Shown here one piece after another: positions 29,229 to 37,899 of a stretch of 64,000 nucleotides of DNA. The first letter of the stretch is position 1. Each line of letters starts with the position of its first letter. A model generated the notes under the pieces. It had not been told where the DNA came from. It made no database searches and saw only the letters and a list, made by a program, of their open reading frames with translations. Origin of the DNA: Candidatus Poriferihabitaceae bacterium (lineage in GTDB: Bacteria > Pseudomonadota > Gammaproteobacteria > Arenicellales > Poriferihabitantaceae); NCBI GenBank assembly GCA_965249035.1, contig CBDFKV010000003.1:66814-130813 (forward strand), in the 5' to 3' direction. The position numbers were made by a program, and so were the translations under genes.

Positions 29229-29444
29229 CTACTCTGCGACGCTGGCAGGATAGCCCGCCTTGCTAATCAACGCAGTGATTTCTGTGGTATCAATATCACC
29301 CTCAACAATTACGGTTGCCGAATCAAGGTCAACCTGCACTGAATCACAACCGGGTTGATTTTCCAGCGCTTTTACAACGTTGGCAGAACAACCGCCACAT
29401 TTCATACCGCTGACATTAAAAGTAATTTTCATCGTACAGCTCAC
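29229..29444 (-). CDS. copZ: heavy-metal-associated copper chaperone
   Basis: A 71-aa ORF with GMKCGGCS in a ferredoxin-like HMA fold, immediately upstream of copA on the same strand. Confidence 0.85.
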   Translation of the reverse strand: MSCTMKITFNVSGMKCGGCSANVVKALENQPGCDSVQVDLDSATVIVEGDIDTTEITALISKAGYPASVAE

Positions 29445-29542
29445 TCATATAAAGAATTAGTAGTTACTAGCTTGGTGCAAGAGTCTATGCAGCCATTGTA
29501 CGCCGATGCTCTGCAGCGATGAACCCACACTTGATGAAATGT

Positions 29543-30013
29543 TCAATCTGAGCATATTGCCGCAAGACGAGCATTTAGGAGTGAGACAAGATCGCTTGCA
29601 CTGAGTTCAACCTCAAGGCCTCGGCGTCCGGCGCTGACATAAATCGTATCAAATGCTGAGGCTGTTTGATCGATAACGGTCTTTAAGTGCTTCTTCTGCC
29701 CCAGCGGACTAATCCCGCCGAGCACGTAACCCGTACTGCGTTCGGCTTTTTGTGGATCAGCCATGACTAGCTTTTTTGCACCCAGTGCTTTTGCACAGGC
29801 TTTCAGGTTGAGCTGGCTCGACACAGGAACTATCGCCACCGCTAATTGCCTTGCTTCAGTTTCTACCAGCAAGGTCTTAAATACCCGCTCTGGCTCCAAT
29901 CCCAAAGCATCAGCGGCTTCCTGCCCATAGGATGCGGCATTGGAGTCATGCTCGTATTGATGAATCGCATGCGGAATATTGCGGGCTTTAAGTAACACAA
30001 TTGCGGGGGTCAT
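29543..30013 (-). CDS. ybaK: Cys-tRNA(Pro)/Cys-tRNA(Cys) deacylase
   Basis: A 156-aa ORF with YbaK-like blocks FKTLLV and TGYVLGGISPLGQKK. Confidence 0.85.
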   Translation of the reverse strand: MTPAIVLLKARNIPHAIHQYEHDSNAASYGQEAADALGLEPERVFKTLLVETEARQLAVAIVPVSSQLNLKACAKALGAKKLVMADPQKAERSTGYVLGGISPLGQKKHLKTVIDQTASAFDTIYVSAGRRGLEVELSASDLVSLLNARLAAICSD

Positions 30014-30038
30014 GAGGGCGCTTGGCTAATAGGTTTGG

Positions 30039-32225
30039 CTAATATTTGGTACGTTGGAATTCACACGGCAAGGTGATGGTAACCACCACACCTGTACCCT
30101 CTTGTCGGTTATCAATTCGTGCATAACCGCCATGAAAACCTACGATCAGCCGCACCACATACAAGCCCAGACCCAGGTGCGATTTCTTGGCGTCTTTTCG
30201 ACCAATAGAAACCATTGGGTCAAAAACTCGGTCGCGCATATCTAGTGGGATGGTTGCGCCTTCATTCGCGACCGCAATTTCAACGCTATTTTCTATCCGC
30301 CGAAGTGTGACTTGGATAACTGTGTTCGGAACGCCAAACTGAACCGCATTATCAATCAGCTTATCCAATAATTCCGCTAGATGATCGCCCGAACCCAAAA
30401 TATAAATGGGATCTTCTTTAAGCACCACTTCTATACGATGAAAGGGATAGACCGCACTCACACCCTCAACGTAATCAGTCACTAATTGACAAATATTGAT
30501 CCGTGTTTTTTGCTCCGACTGCATCGCTTCTTCCAAGTTGGCTGCGTCGGTCAAACTGCTGAGAATATTACGTAAGCGCTGGACTCCACCCCGGGCGCGC
30601 TCGACATAAACATTATCCTTAATTGACGGGTTTTCCTGCTCTAGATTTTGCAGGGATGAACTCACCACATTGAGTGGATTATTCAGTTCATGCGCCAAGG
30701 TATCTGGCAAGCCTTCTAAATAGCGGGTATAGCCCGACAGGCGCTTGAGCATTGCGGTGATACTGCGGCCCAAATCGCCCAGCTCATCCTTTGGATACAG
30801 CCGAACTGGAATACGATTCTCGCGCACACGCCCTTCAATGCTAATCGCTTCGTCAGTGGTATCACGTAAGCGCCCTATCCGCACCGTCAGCCGCCAGGCA
30901 AAAATGATCAGCATCAGCGTCACAAAGGCAAATACCAGCAAACTGGCAGCGGCCATGCTTTTTAGTAGTTCGTATTGGCTGGTTAGAATCGCGTGCGAGC
31001 TTTGCTCGACTACCACCGCACCCATGACGTCACCACCAGATCGTATTGGATAACCGGCCATCACTATCTTAACTTTATTATCCACCGAGCGACGCACGTC
31101 TGATTTTGGTTGTCCGGCCAGCACCTCGGTAAACATTTCTTCGCGGCGGTGAGTAAGGTCAGACGGTAAGTCTTCAAAGTGCACATCCGGCCGGGTGAGC
31201 AACCGATCTAACTCGTTATTAAAGCGCACCTTAAACTGACTCCACTTATTTGGTGATTCGGGAGCCGGCGTTTCTACCGCACGCGGTGGCGACAAACCAC
31301 CGACGACTGCACGCACCTGCTGCTCCTTGTCCAATACCCAAATGCGTGAGTTAGGTTGATCCAGACCCCGCAATAGCTGTGCAATTTTAGGTGACGTTAG
31401 CAAAACCCGGCCTGGGAGGTTATTTTTTGCCAGTGGGAACGTGGCAATTTGCTCAAATTGGTCGTGATGACCAGGGTCATCCACGTCAACCACAACAAAT
31501 CCCATACGACTGTTTTCAGCCACTGGGGGGCGTGGCATACGTAGCTCGACGGTATAACCGACCTCAGTTTTGCGCAAGCTAGCAAAAACATCGTTAACCG
31601 CCTGCCCACCGCCTTCTGGTAATTGCCAATCCTCCCCAACCAAATAGGCACTCATTCGACCCGGTTGGCGTGCCACCAACACATAGCGAATCAGTGGGCC
31701 ATCGGCGTGCTGGATCAATATTCGAATATGGTCACTATTACCCAAGTCAGGCCCAGACCCGTTCCGATAAACGATGTGTTCATCGCGCACCTCAAACAGG
31801 GCATAAAACCACACGCCGCGATAGCCCAATATATGCGTGACTTCAAAGTCTGCTGGATCGACAGCCGGTTCACACAGATGATCTGATCCCAGCGTATAAA
31901 AACGTCGCTCATCAAGTGCAGTATCGCTCCAGTCACTCGGATCACCATCGGCTGAGACGGCCCGGGGTAAGCGATAGGCAAATAAATCATATTGCTCGCC
32001 TATCAGCTCAGGCACCCCAACGTTATCGCGAAACAGTTCATTTTGCTCGTTTAAAATGGTCGCAATGCCGCTAGCGGTTAACAGCAGTGCATCTTTTTGT
32101 CCTTGCAGCAAAAAGGCTTTCATTTCACCCACATACCGATTACCCATCCACGGGATAGCCAGCAGCGCCAACACCAAAATAATCAGTTTGGAGCGAATAC
32201 TGAGGTAACGAATCCAGCTAATCAT
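30039..32225 (-). CDS. sensor histidine kinase with large periplasmic domain
   Basis: A 728-aa ORF with TM1 at the N-terminus, a ~400-aa extracytoplasmic region, TM2 and a HAMP-like segment. It has the H-box LAHELNNPL, the N-box LIDNAVQF and a G-box GLGLYVV. Confidence 0.88.
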   Translation of the reverse strand: MISWIRYLSIRSKLIILVLALLAIPWMGNRYVGEMKAFLLQGQKDALLLTASGIATILNEQNELFRDNVGVPELIGEQYDLFAYRLPRAVSADGDPSDWSDTALDERRFYTLGSDHLCEPAVDPADFEVTHILGYRGVWFYALFEVRDEHIVYRNGSGPDLGNSDHIRILIQHADGPLIRYVLVARQPGRMSAYLVGEDWQLPEGGGQAVNDVFASLRKTEVGYTVELRMPRPPVAENSRMGFVVVDVDDPGHHDQFEQIATFPLAKNNLPGRVLLTSPKIAQLLRGLDQPNSRIWVLDKEQQVRAVVGGLSPPRAVETPAPESPNKWSQFKVRFNNELDRLLTRPDVHFEDLPSDLTHRREEMFTEVLAGQPKSDVRRSVDNKVKIVMAGYPIRSGGDVMGAVVVEQSSHAILTSQYELLKSMAAASLLVFAFVTLMLIIFAWRLTVRIGRLRDTTDEAISIEGRVRENRIPVRLYPKDELGDLGRSITAMLKRLSGYTRYLEGLPDTLAHELNNPLNVVSSSLQNLEQENPSIKDNVYVERARGGVQRLRNILSSLTDAANLEEAMQSEQKTRINICQLVTDYVEGVSAVYPFHRIEVVLKEDPIYILGSGDHLAELLDKLIDNAVQFGVPNTVIQVTLRRIENSVEIAVANEGATIPLDMRDRVFDPMVSIGRKDAKKSHLGLGLYVVRLIVGFHGGYARIDNRQEGTGVVVTITLPCEFQRTKY

Positions 32226-32252
32226 CGGCTGATTCCTGGCCTAACACCGCAG

Positions 32253-32954
32253 CTATACAGCCACTGCACGCCAGCGATAACCCACCCCAAAAACAGTTTC
32301 GATATGCGCAAATTGAGGGTCGATTTGAGCGAATTTTTTGCGGATTCGACGCACATAGCCATTAATGGTGTTCTTCTCAACGTAGGTTTGCCGCGTCACT
32401 TGCATCAAAGCCTCATAGGATTTGACTGTCCCGGGCTGGCGCGCCAAAGACTCCACCACCCAGAATTCGGTCAGCGTCAGGCTGAGCGGCTCGTCTTGCC
32501 ACGTCACTGATAAACTCGCCGGGTCTAATACTAGCGCGTCGATAACTAGGCGGTTGACGTCATCCTCCGACTCCTTGACCGCGCTAGCGATACGAAATAA
32601 GGAATCAATCCGCACCCCCAAAAATTGCAAATTAACCGGCTTGGTAATGTAGTCCCAAGCGTCCAACCGTAACCCAGAAACGCGATCAATGTCACTGTCG
32701 CGGGCGGTTAAGAAAATAATCGGCAAGCGTGGGCTCATTTGCCGTAATTCGCGACACAGATCAAAACCGCCGTCCATTTCATCTTCCAGCATGATGTCCA
32801 GAATCGCCAAGTCGGGCAATTGCTCTTTAAAGCCCGCTAATGCGGTTGGACGATTAGCGTAGGCAACAATATCGTAACCCTGAGTTTTCAGCGCATCGGC
32901 ATAATTATCACGCTGATCGGCGTCGTCCTCGACTATGGCAATGGTACGTGGCAT
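32253..32954 (-). CDS. OmpR/PhoB-family response regulator
   Basis: A receiver domain (IVEDD...DLAILDIMLEDEMDGGF...TKP) and a winged-helix output domain (LTLTEF...VRRIRKKF...TVFGVGYRW). Confidence 0.9.
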   Translation of the reverse strand: MPRTIAIVEDDADQRDNYADALKTQGYDIVAYANRPTALAGFKEQLPDLAILDIMLEDEMDGGFDLCRELRQMSPRLPIIFLTARDSDIDRVSGLRLDAWDYITKPVNLQFLGVRIDSLFRIASAVKESEDDVNRLVIDALVLDPASLSVTWQDEPLSLTLTEFWVVESLARQPGTVKSYEALMQVTRQTYVEKNTINGYVRRIRKKFAQIDPQFAHIETVFGVGYRWRAVAV

Positions 32955-33020
32955 CTTCCCGCTAATCAGAAAATCAAACCGAAATCATAGCACATCCGCA
33001 GCACCAGTTCGCCGCAGCGA

Positions 33021-34016
33021 TTAGCTGGGTTTTTGCGCGATCACCACGCTGCGGCGCGGCGCGGGATAACCCTCAACTGTACGGCTGGGATCAGTCGGAT
33101 CCAGGCATTTGTCCAGCGACTCAAACTGCATCCATTCGGTCGCGCGCTGTTCTTTTTGGCTGGTCATTGATTCATCTACCACCCGGCACTGCTCAAAGCC
33201 AGCCTCACTGAGCCAATCACATAAGGTCGCGGAAGTGGGTAGTGTCCACACATTGCGCATTCGTGCATAGCGGCCGTCAGGAATGAGCACTTTGCCTATT
33301 GCTGGCTCAACCACCAACGTCTCCAGCACCAGCTCCCCGCCGGGGCGCAAACATTCGGTCAATTCCTGGAGGTGTGCAGCGGGGTCACGTCGGTGATATA
33401 AAACTCCCATCGAAAATACCGTATCGAACACCGGCCGACGCACAAAGTCTTCTAGCGTAAACGGTAATAGGTGCAACGCACGATCACGGCCCAGATACCG
33501 CTGAACCGCCAAATACTGTAACATGAACAGCCAGTTTGGATCTATACCCAACACCCATTTGGCTTGCACCCCCAACATCCGCCAGCCGTAATAACCGTTG
33601 CCACAGCCCACGTCCAGCACTCGCCGTCCTTTAAGCGGCGACAGATGTGGCGCTACTCGGGCCCATTTCCAGTCGGAACGCCATTCAGTATCAACAGACA
33701 CACCGTGAAGCTCGAACGGCCCTTTTCGCCACGGCTGCAGCCGCAACAATGCACTTTTCAACGCTGAGTGGGTTGTGGGACCCATTGGTTGTCCCTGGGC
33801 ACTAACTCTCGCAACATCAAGTTGAACCTTTAGGGTGTGAATATCCGGCAAATCTTGATAGGCGGCGACCCAGCGTGGCAAGTTACCATTATTCAAGGAT
33901 GCCATTAATCCACGGAAACGTACTTGAATTTCCTCACCCCATTCACGACCATTACAGCTGGCAGCATGCTCACCAATCGCTGCCAGATTGAGGGCGGTGT
34001 AAAAATCGAGGCTCAC
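33021..34016 (-). CDS. cmoB: tRNA U34 carboxymethyltransferase
   Basis: A 331-aa ORF with the SAM-MT motif VLDVGCGNGYYGWRM and CmoB-type blocks (LQPWRKGPF, VDTEWRSDWKW). It has a 4-nt overlap with cmoA. Confidence 0.9.
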   Translation of the reverse strand: MSLDFYTALNLAAIGEHAASCNGREWGEEIQVRFRGLMASLNNGNLPRWVAAYQDLPDIHTLKVQLDVARVSAQGQPMGPTTHSALKSALLRLQPWRKGPFELHGVSVDTEWRSDWKWARVAPHLSPLKGRRVLDVGCGNGYYGWRMLGVQAKWVLGIDPNWLFMLQYLAVQRYLGRDRALHLLPFTLEDFVRRPVFDTVFSMGVLYHRRDPAAHLQELTECLRPGGELVLETLVVEPAIGKVLIPDGRYARMRNVWTLPTSATLCDWLSEAGFEQCRVVDESMTSQKEQRATEWMQFESLDKCLDPTDPSRTVEGYPAPRRSVVIAQKPS

Positions 34017-34732
34017 TTAAGCGCAAGAAAAGACATAAAATTCAGGCACTGGAACCAGCGCGTCACCCGACTAAAACCAGCACTATTTAACCGCTCTATA
34101 TGCTTTTCAGGCGTATCGGTAACTAATACATTTTCAATCGCAGCACGCTTTTGGCTGATCTCAAGCTCGCTGTAACCATTGTGGCGTTTAAAAGCACTGT
34201 GCAACGCCTCCCACTGCTGTTGCTCATCTACGTCATTAGAGTGGATTTTCTCAGAGACAATCAATGCGCCGCCGGGTTTCAGTGCGGTGTAGATTCGGTT
34301 GATCAGTGCCTGACGCTGCCCTGGCCCGAGAAATTGCAAAGTGTAGTTCAAGATGACGAGCGATGCCTCATCCAGCGGAGTATCACGCATATCCGCCTGA
34401 ACTAACTCCAATGGCTGAACCAAATTGGCTAGATTTTGCTCGCAGGCGCTCAACATCGCTGCGGAATTATCCACTCCAATCAAGGTGCAATCATCCGGTA
34501 CGTATTGCCCAACCGCGTGCAAACTGGCGCCCAGCGAACACCCCAGGTCAACGATACGCGCGCCTGCGCTCACATATTGCGCAGCGATCAAGCCAGTGCT
34601 GGCGATCACATTGGCGTAACCGGGTACGGAGCGACGGATCATATCCGCAAAGACTGCTGCGACTTTGTCATCAAAGACAAAGGCCTCGATATCCGAACGC
34701 AAATCTGCGTACAAACGATCTTGTGCTGTCAT
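34013..34732 (-). CDS. cmoA: carboxy-S-adenosyl-L-methionine synthase
   Basis: FVFDDKVAAVFADMIRRSVPGY matches E. coli CmoA [22 protein letters not shown]. ATG 34732 is preferred over the 34759 start because it removes the overlap with moaE. Confidence 0.9.
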   Translation of the reverse strand: MTAQDRLYADLRSDIEAFVFDDKVAAVFADMIRRSVPGYANVIASTGLIAAQYVSAGARIVDLGCSLGASLHAVGQYVPDDCTLIGVDNSAAMLSACEQNLANLVQPLELVQADMRDTPLDEASLVILNYTLQFLGPGQRQALINRIYTALKPGGALIVSEKIHSNDVDEQQQWEALHSAFKRHNGYSELEISQKRAAIENVLVTDTPEKHIERLNSAGFSRVTRWFQCLNFMSFLALK

Positions 34733-34736
34733 CGCA

Positions 34737-35186
34737 CTAACCAGCGGTATTTTTCTCAACCCAGCGCTGTCCTTCGGCGGTGATTTCCTTTTTCCAAAAT
34801 GGCGCGGTTGATTTCAGTGCCTCCATCAAGCTGCGACAGGCAGCAAAGGCATCTTTTCGGTGAGCTGCCCACACTGCTACTAACACTATCGGCTCGCTTG
34901 GGTGAATCTCACCCACGCGGTGATGGATGGTTGCTTCCAAAATATCGTGTTCAGTAAAGGCGTGCTCAAGCAATTGCTCAAGCTGGTGTTCGGTCATTCC
35001 GGGATAATGCTCCAGCACCATCGAGCTTACGGCATCGCCCTCATTAAAGTCTCGCATGGTACCAACGAACACATCGGTCGCACCAAACCCAGTCGCCGAC
35101 AGATGACCCTCACGGATTAACTCCGCTTGATAGGCTGCCAGCCATTGCCAAGGGTCGAAAGCTTGTTTACTAATCGAAACCCGCAT
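34737..35186 (-). CDS. moaE: molybdopterin synthase catalytic subunit
   Basis: A 149-aa ORF with MoaE blocks GATDVFVGTMRD, EHYPGM and WKKE. It follows moaD by 3 nt. Confidence 0.88.
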   Translation of the reverse strand: MRVSISKQAFDPWQWLAAYQAELIREGHLSATGFGATDVFVGTMRDFNEGDAVSSMVLEHYPGMTEHQLEQLLEHAFTEHDILEATIHHRVGEIHPSEPIVLVAVWAAHRKDAFAACRSLMEALKSTAPFWKKEITAEGQRWVEKNTAG

Positions 35187-35189
35187 GGC

Positions 35190-35420
35190 TCAACCGCCTG
35201 TCACTGGGGGGAAAAAGGCGACTTCATCACCACTTTGCACAACGTGGCTGGGGTCAGCATATTCATGATTGACTGCCACCAAAATGTGACTAGATAACGA
35301 TCCATCCGTGATCGCGGCCCATACCTCGGCAACCGTTTTTACCCGACCGGCATCGACCGTGGTTTCACTAATCCCTAGTTGCTCACTTAAACTGGCAAAG
35401 ACCCGGACATTGATACTCAT
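35190..35420 (-). CDS. moaD: molybdopterin synthase sulfur carrier subunit
   Basis: A 76-aa beta-grasp-sized ORF ending in FFPPVTGG (C-terminal Gly-Gly), directly upstream of moaE. Confidence 0.85.
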   Translation of the reverse strand: MSINVRVFASLSEQLGISETTVDAGRVKTVAEVWAAITDGSLSSHILVAVNHEYADPSHVVQSGDEVAFFPPVTGG

Positions 35421-35475
35421 GGCTAGCTGACGTTAATATCCTAATGCTAATTACTGGACGCTAATTATAGGCGAT

Positions 35476-36789
35476 CTAGTCGCCCATATCCGGCAGGGCG
35501 GCCAAGTTGCCAAATGCGGCCAAAGCCTGGTGTAAATAGCCTGCGTCTTTTGCACCCGCGAACTCACGTATCGAGTGCATAGCCAGCTGCGGTACGCCAA
35601 TATCAACCGTCCGAATACCCAGCTCGGTAGCGGTAATCGGCCCAATGGTGGAGCCACAGCTCATATCGCTACGAACCACATATTGCTGATAAGGAATATC
35701 ATTTTGCTGACAAATATCTGCAAAAATAGCGAGTGATTCGCTATTGGTGGCGTAGCGTTGGTTATGATTGACTTTAATCACAGGGCCGTTGTTGATCAAC
35801 GGCTGATGATTCGGTTCGTGTTTATCCGAAAAATTAGGGTGTACGCCGTGCGCATTGTCGGCAGATATCAGCATTGACCGACGCATCGCCTGACGATACT
35901 CAGACTCATCCTGGCACCTGCTCCGCAACACCTCTTGCAAAAACGGTCCGGCGGCGCCGGATGTGCTGCGGCTACCGACTTCTTCATGATCATTTAATAC
36001 CACCACCATATTAGTATCGGCATTGTGATCAAGCAACGCATAAATCGCCACAAAAGAACTCAATAAATTATCCAGCCGGGCAGAAGCGATAAATTCCTCC
36101 TGCAAACCAACCACCTGAGGTGCTTGGGTGTCATACAGCGCCAATTCGTAAGCCATTACCGAGGCACTATCATCGTTAGCGTTTTCTACTTTCAATTGTG
36201 TCAGCAGCATCGCCGCAAAATCCATCTCGTCATCGTCCAACCGGCACAGAATCGGTGGCATGTGCTGCTGCTTATTCACCTTACGCCCATTATTGGCCTC
36301 CCGATCCAGGTGAATGGCTAGGCTTGGAATGGTCGCAATGGGTCGCTTGAAATCAATCAATTTGGTTTTAAGCGCGCCGCTATCGGTTTTAACCGTCACT
36401 CTGCCCGCGAGCGATAAATCCCGATCAAACCATGGGTTCAGCAAAACACCACCGTAAACCTCAACCGCCAGCTGCACATAACCATTGGCTACCAGCGTTG
36501 CTTCTGGCTTGACCTTTAAACACGGACTGTCACTGTGGGCGCCGATGATACGAAAGCCCGCTGAGGCAGGCGCCTTCATAGAAACGGCTATCAGCGAAGA
36601 GCCATTAGTAGTAAACCAAAATTGCCCAGCCTCTCGCGCTTGATCCCCGCCTGCAGCCACAAAGCCATTGGCAGCCAGCAACGATTTCAATTCTTTGACC
36701 GCATGAAATGGCGTTGGTGCGCTGTGAATAAACGCCAGCAGGGCAGGGACAGCGTCAACTGGCTTGCTTTTGATTGCTTGCTTGGCCAT
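35476..36789 (-). CDS. apeB: M18-family aspartyl aminopeptidase
   Basis: A 437-aa ORF with GAHSDSPCLKVKP, DHEEVGS and a C-terminal GVPQLAMHS, as in M18 aminopeptidases. Confidence 0.85.
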   Translation of the reverse strand: MAKQAIKSKPVDAVPALLAFIHSAPTPFHAVKELKSLLAANGFVAAGGDQAREAGQFWFTTNGSSLIAVSMKAPASAGFRIIGAHSDSPCLKVKPEATLVANGYVQLAVEVYGGVLLNPWFDRDLSLAGRVTVKTDSGALKTKLIDFKRPIATIPSLAIHLDREANNGRKVNKQQHMPPILCRLDDDEMDFAAMLLTQLKVENANDDSASVMAYELALYDTQAPQVVGLQEEFIASARLDNLLSSFVAIYALLDHNADTNMVVVLNDHEEVGSRSTSGAAGPFLQEVLRSRCQDESEYRQAMRRSMLISADNAHGVHPNFSDKHEPNHQPLINNGPVIKVNHNQRYATNSESLAIFADICQQNDIPYQQYVVRSDMSCGSTIGPITATELGIRTVDIGVPQLAMHSIREFAGAKDAGYLHQALAAFGNLAALPDMGD

Positions 36790-36867
36790 GGCGGCTTTCG
36801 ATAACGGTTATGGGGGCAGGTAGGGTATCATCACGGGGTTTATATGCAATCAGAATTCGAGGTCTTT

Positions 36868-37866
36868 ATGACGGTCTTAGTTACAGGCGGCGCAGGCTAC
36901 ATCGGCTCGCACACGGTGCGGCACTTATTGGCTGCGGGGCATGAAGTGGTGGTGCTGGATAATTTTTATTCCGGTCACCGTTGGGCGGTTGCTAAGGAGG
37001 CCAGCTTGGTTGAGGGTGATATCGCTGATCAGCAATTGGTTGGAGACGTCATTAAGCAATATGACGTCACCGCCGTCGTCCACTTTGCGGGTTATATTGT
37101 GGTACCAGAATCGGTTGAAAATCCCAGCAAATATTATGAAAATAACGTGGTTGGATCGCTGCGGCTGATCGAAACCTCCACTCAGCATGGGGTCAAACAC
37201 TTCGTATTTTCATCCAGCGCAGCGGTTTATGGGATCCCAGACACTGTACCCGTCTCAGAGCAACAGGCCACCCAACCGATTAATCCCTATGGTCACACCA
37301 AGCTCATTACCGAAATGACGCTGAATGATTTTGCACAAGCACCTGGTAACGATTTCCAATTTGTGGCATTGCGTTATTTCAATGCGGCAGGCGCACAAAT
37401 TGCGGGCGGATTAGGCCAGGCAACGCCTGAAGCAACCCACTTAATTAAAGTCGCCTGCGAAGCCGCTTGCGGCAAACGCCCCAACATAACCATTTTTGGT
37501 GATGACTATGACACAGCTGATGGCACCTGTGAGCGCGACTATATCCACGTTGAAGACCTCGCTAGCGCCCACGTTGATGCGCTGCGGTATTTGGCTGACG
37601 GTGGTGAGTCGGTTTCGTTGAATTGCGGTTATGGCAAGGGCTATAGCGTCAGCGAAGTGGTGGATGCAGTCAAACGTGCCAGCGGGATTGATTTCACCGT
37701 TAATAGGTCAGAACGAAGGGCGGGCGACCCACCCACGCTCATTGCTGACAACCACGAAATCCGTACACGTTTGGGCTGGAAACCCCAACATGATGATCTC
37801 GATCTCATCTGCAAAACTGCCTACGATTGGGAGCGAACGGGCTTAGCCCGTCATCTCAAATCCTGA
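36868..37866 (+). CDS. galE: UDP-glucose 4-epimerase
   Basis: MTVLVTGGAGYIGSH, the catalytic YGHTK, and the C-terminal tail GWKPQH. ATG 36868 has a GAGG 6 nt upstream, so I prefer it to 36844. Confidence 0.9.
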   Translation: MTVLVTGGAGYIGSHTVRHLLAAGHEVVVLDNFYSGHRWAVAKEASLVEGDIADQQLVGDVIKQYDVTAVVHFAGYIVVPESVENPSKYYENNVVGSLRLIETSTQHGVKHFVFSSSAAVYGIPDTVPVSEQQATQPINPYGHTKLITEMTLNDFAQAPGNDFQFVALRYFNAAGAQIAGGLGQATPEATHLIKVACEAACGKRPNITIFGDDYDTADGTCERDYIHVEDLASAHVDALRYLADGGESVSLNCGYGKGYSVSEVVDAVKRASGIDFTVNRSERRAGDPPTLIADNHEIRTRLGWKPQHDDLDLICKTAYDWERTGLARHLKS

Positions 37867-37899
37867 GAATAGCCCTGAGATAGACCAGAGTATAGCGCC

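Noticed and set aside
29445-29542. A possible MerR/CueR-type operator in the copZ-copA promoter region. On the minus strand, a TTGCAC is followed by a 19-nt spacer containing the imperfect dyad TAGTA-N2-TACTA.
   Set aside because: It does not resemble the CueR CCTTCC-N-GGAAGG dyad. The -10 element is ambiguous and no merR-family gene is adjacent. The case is too weak to annotate.
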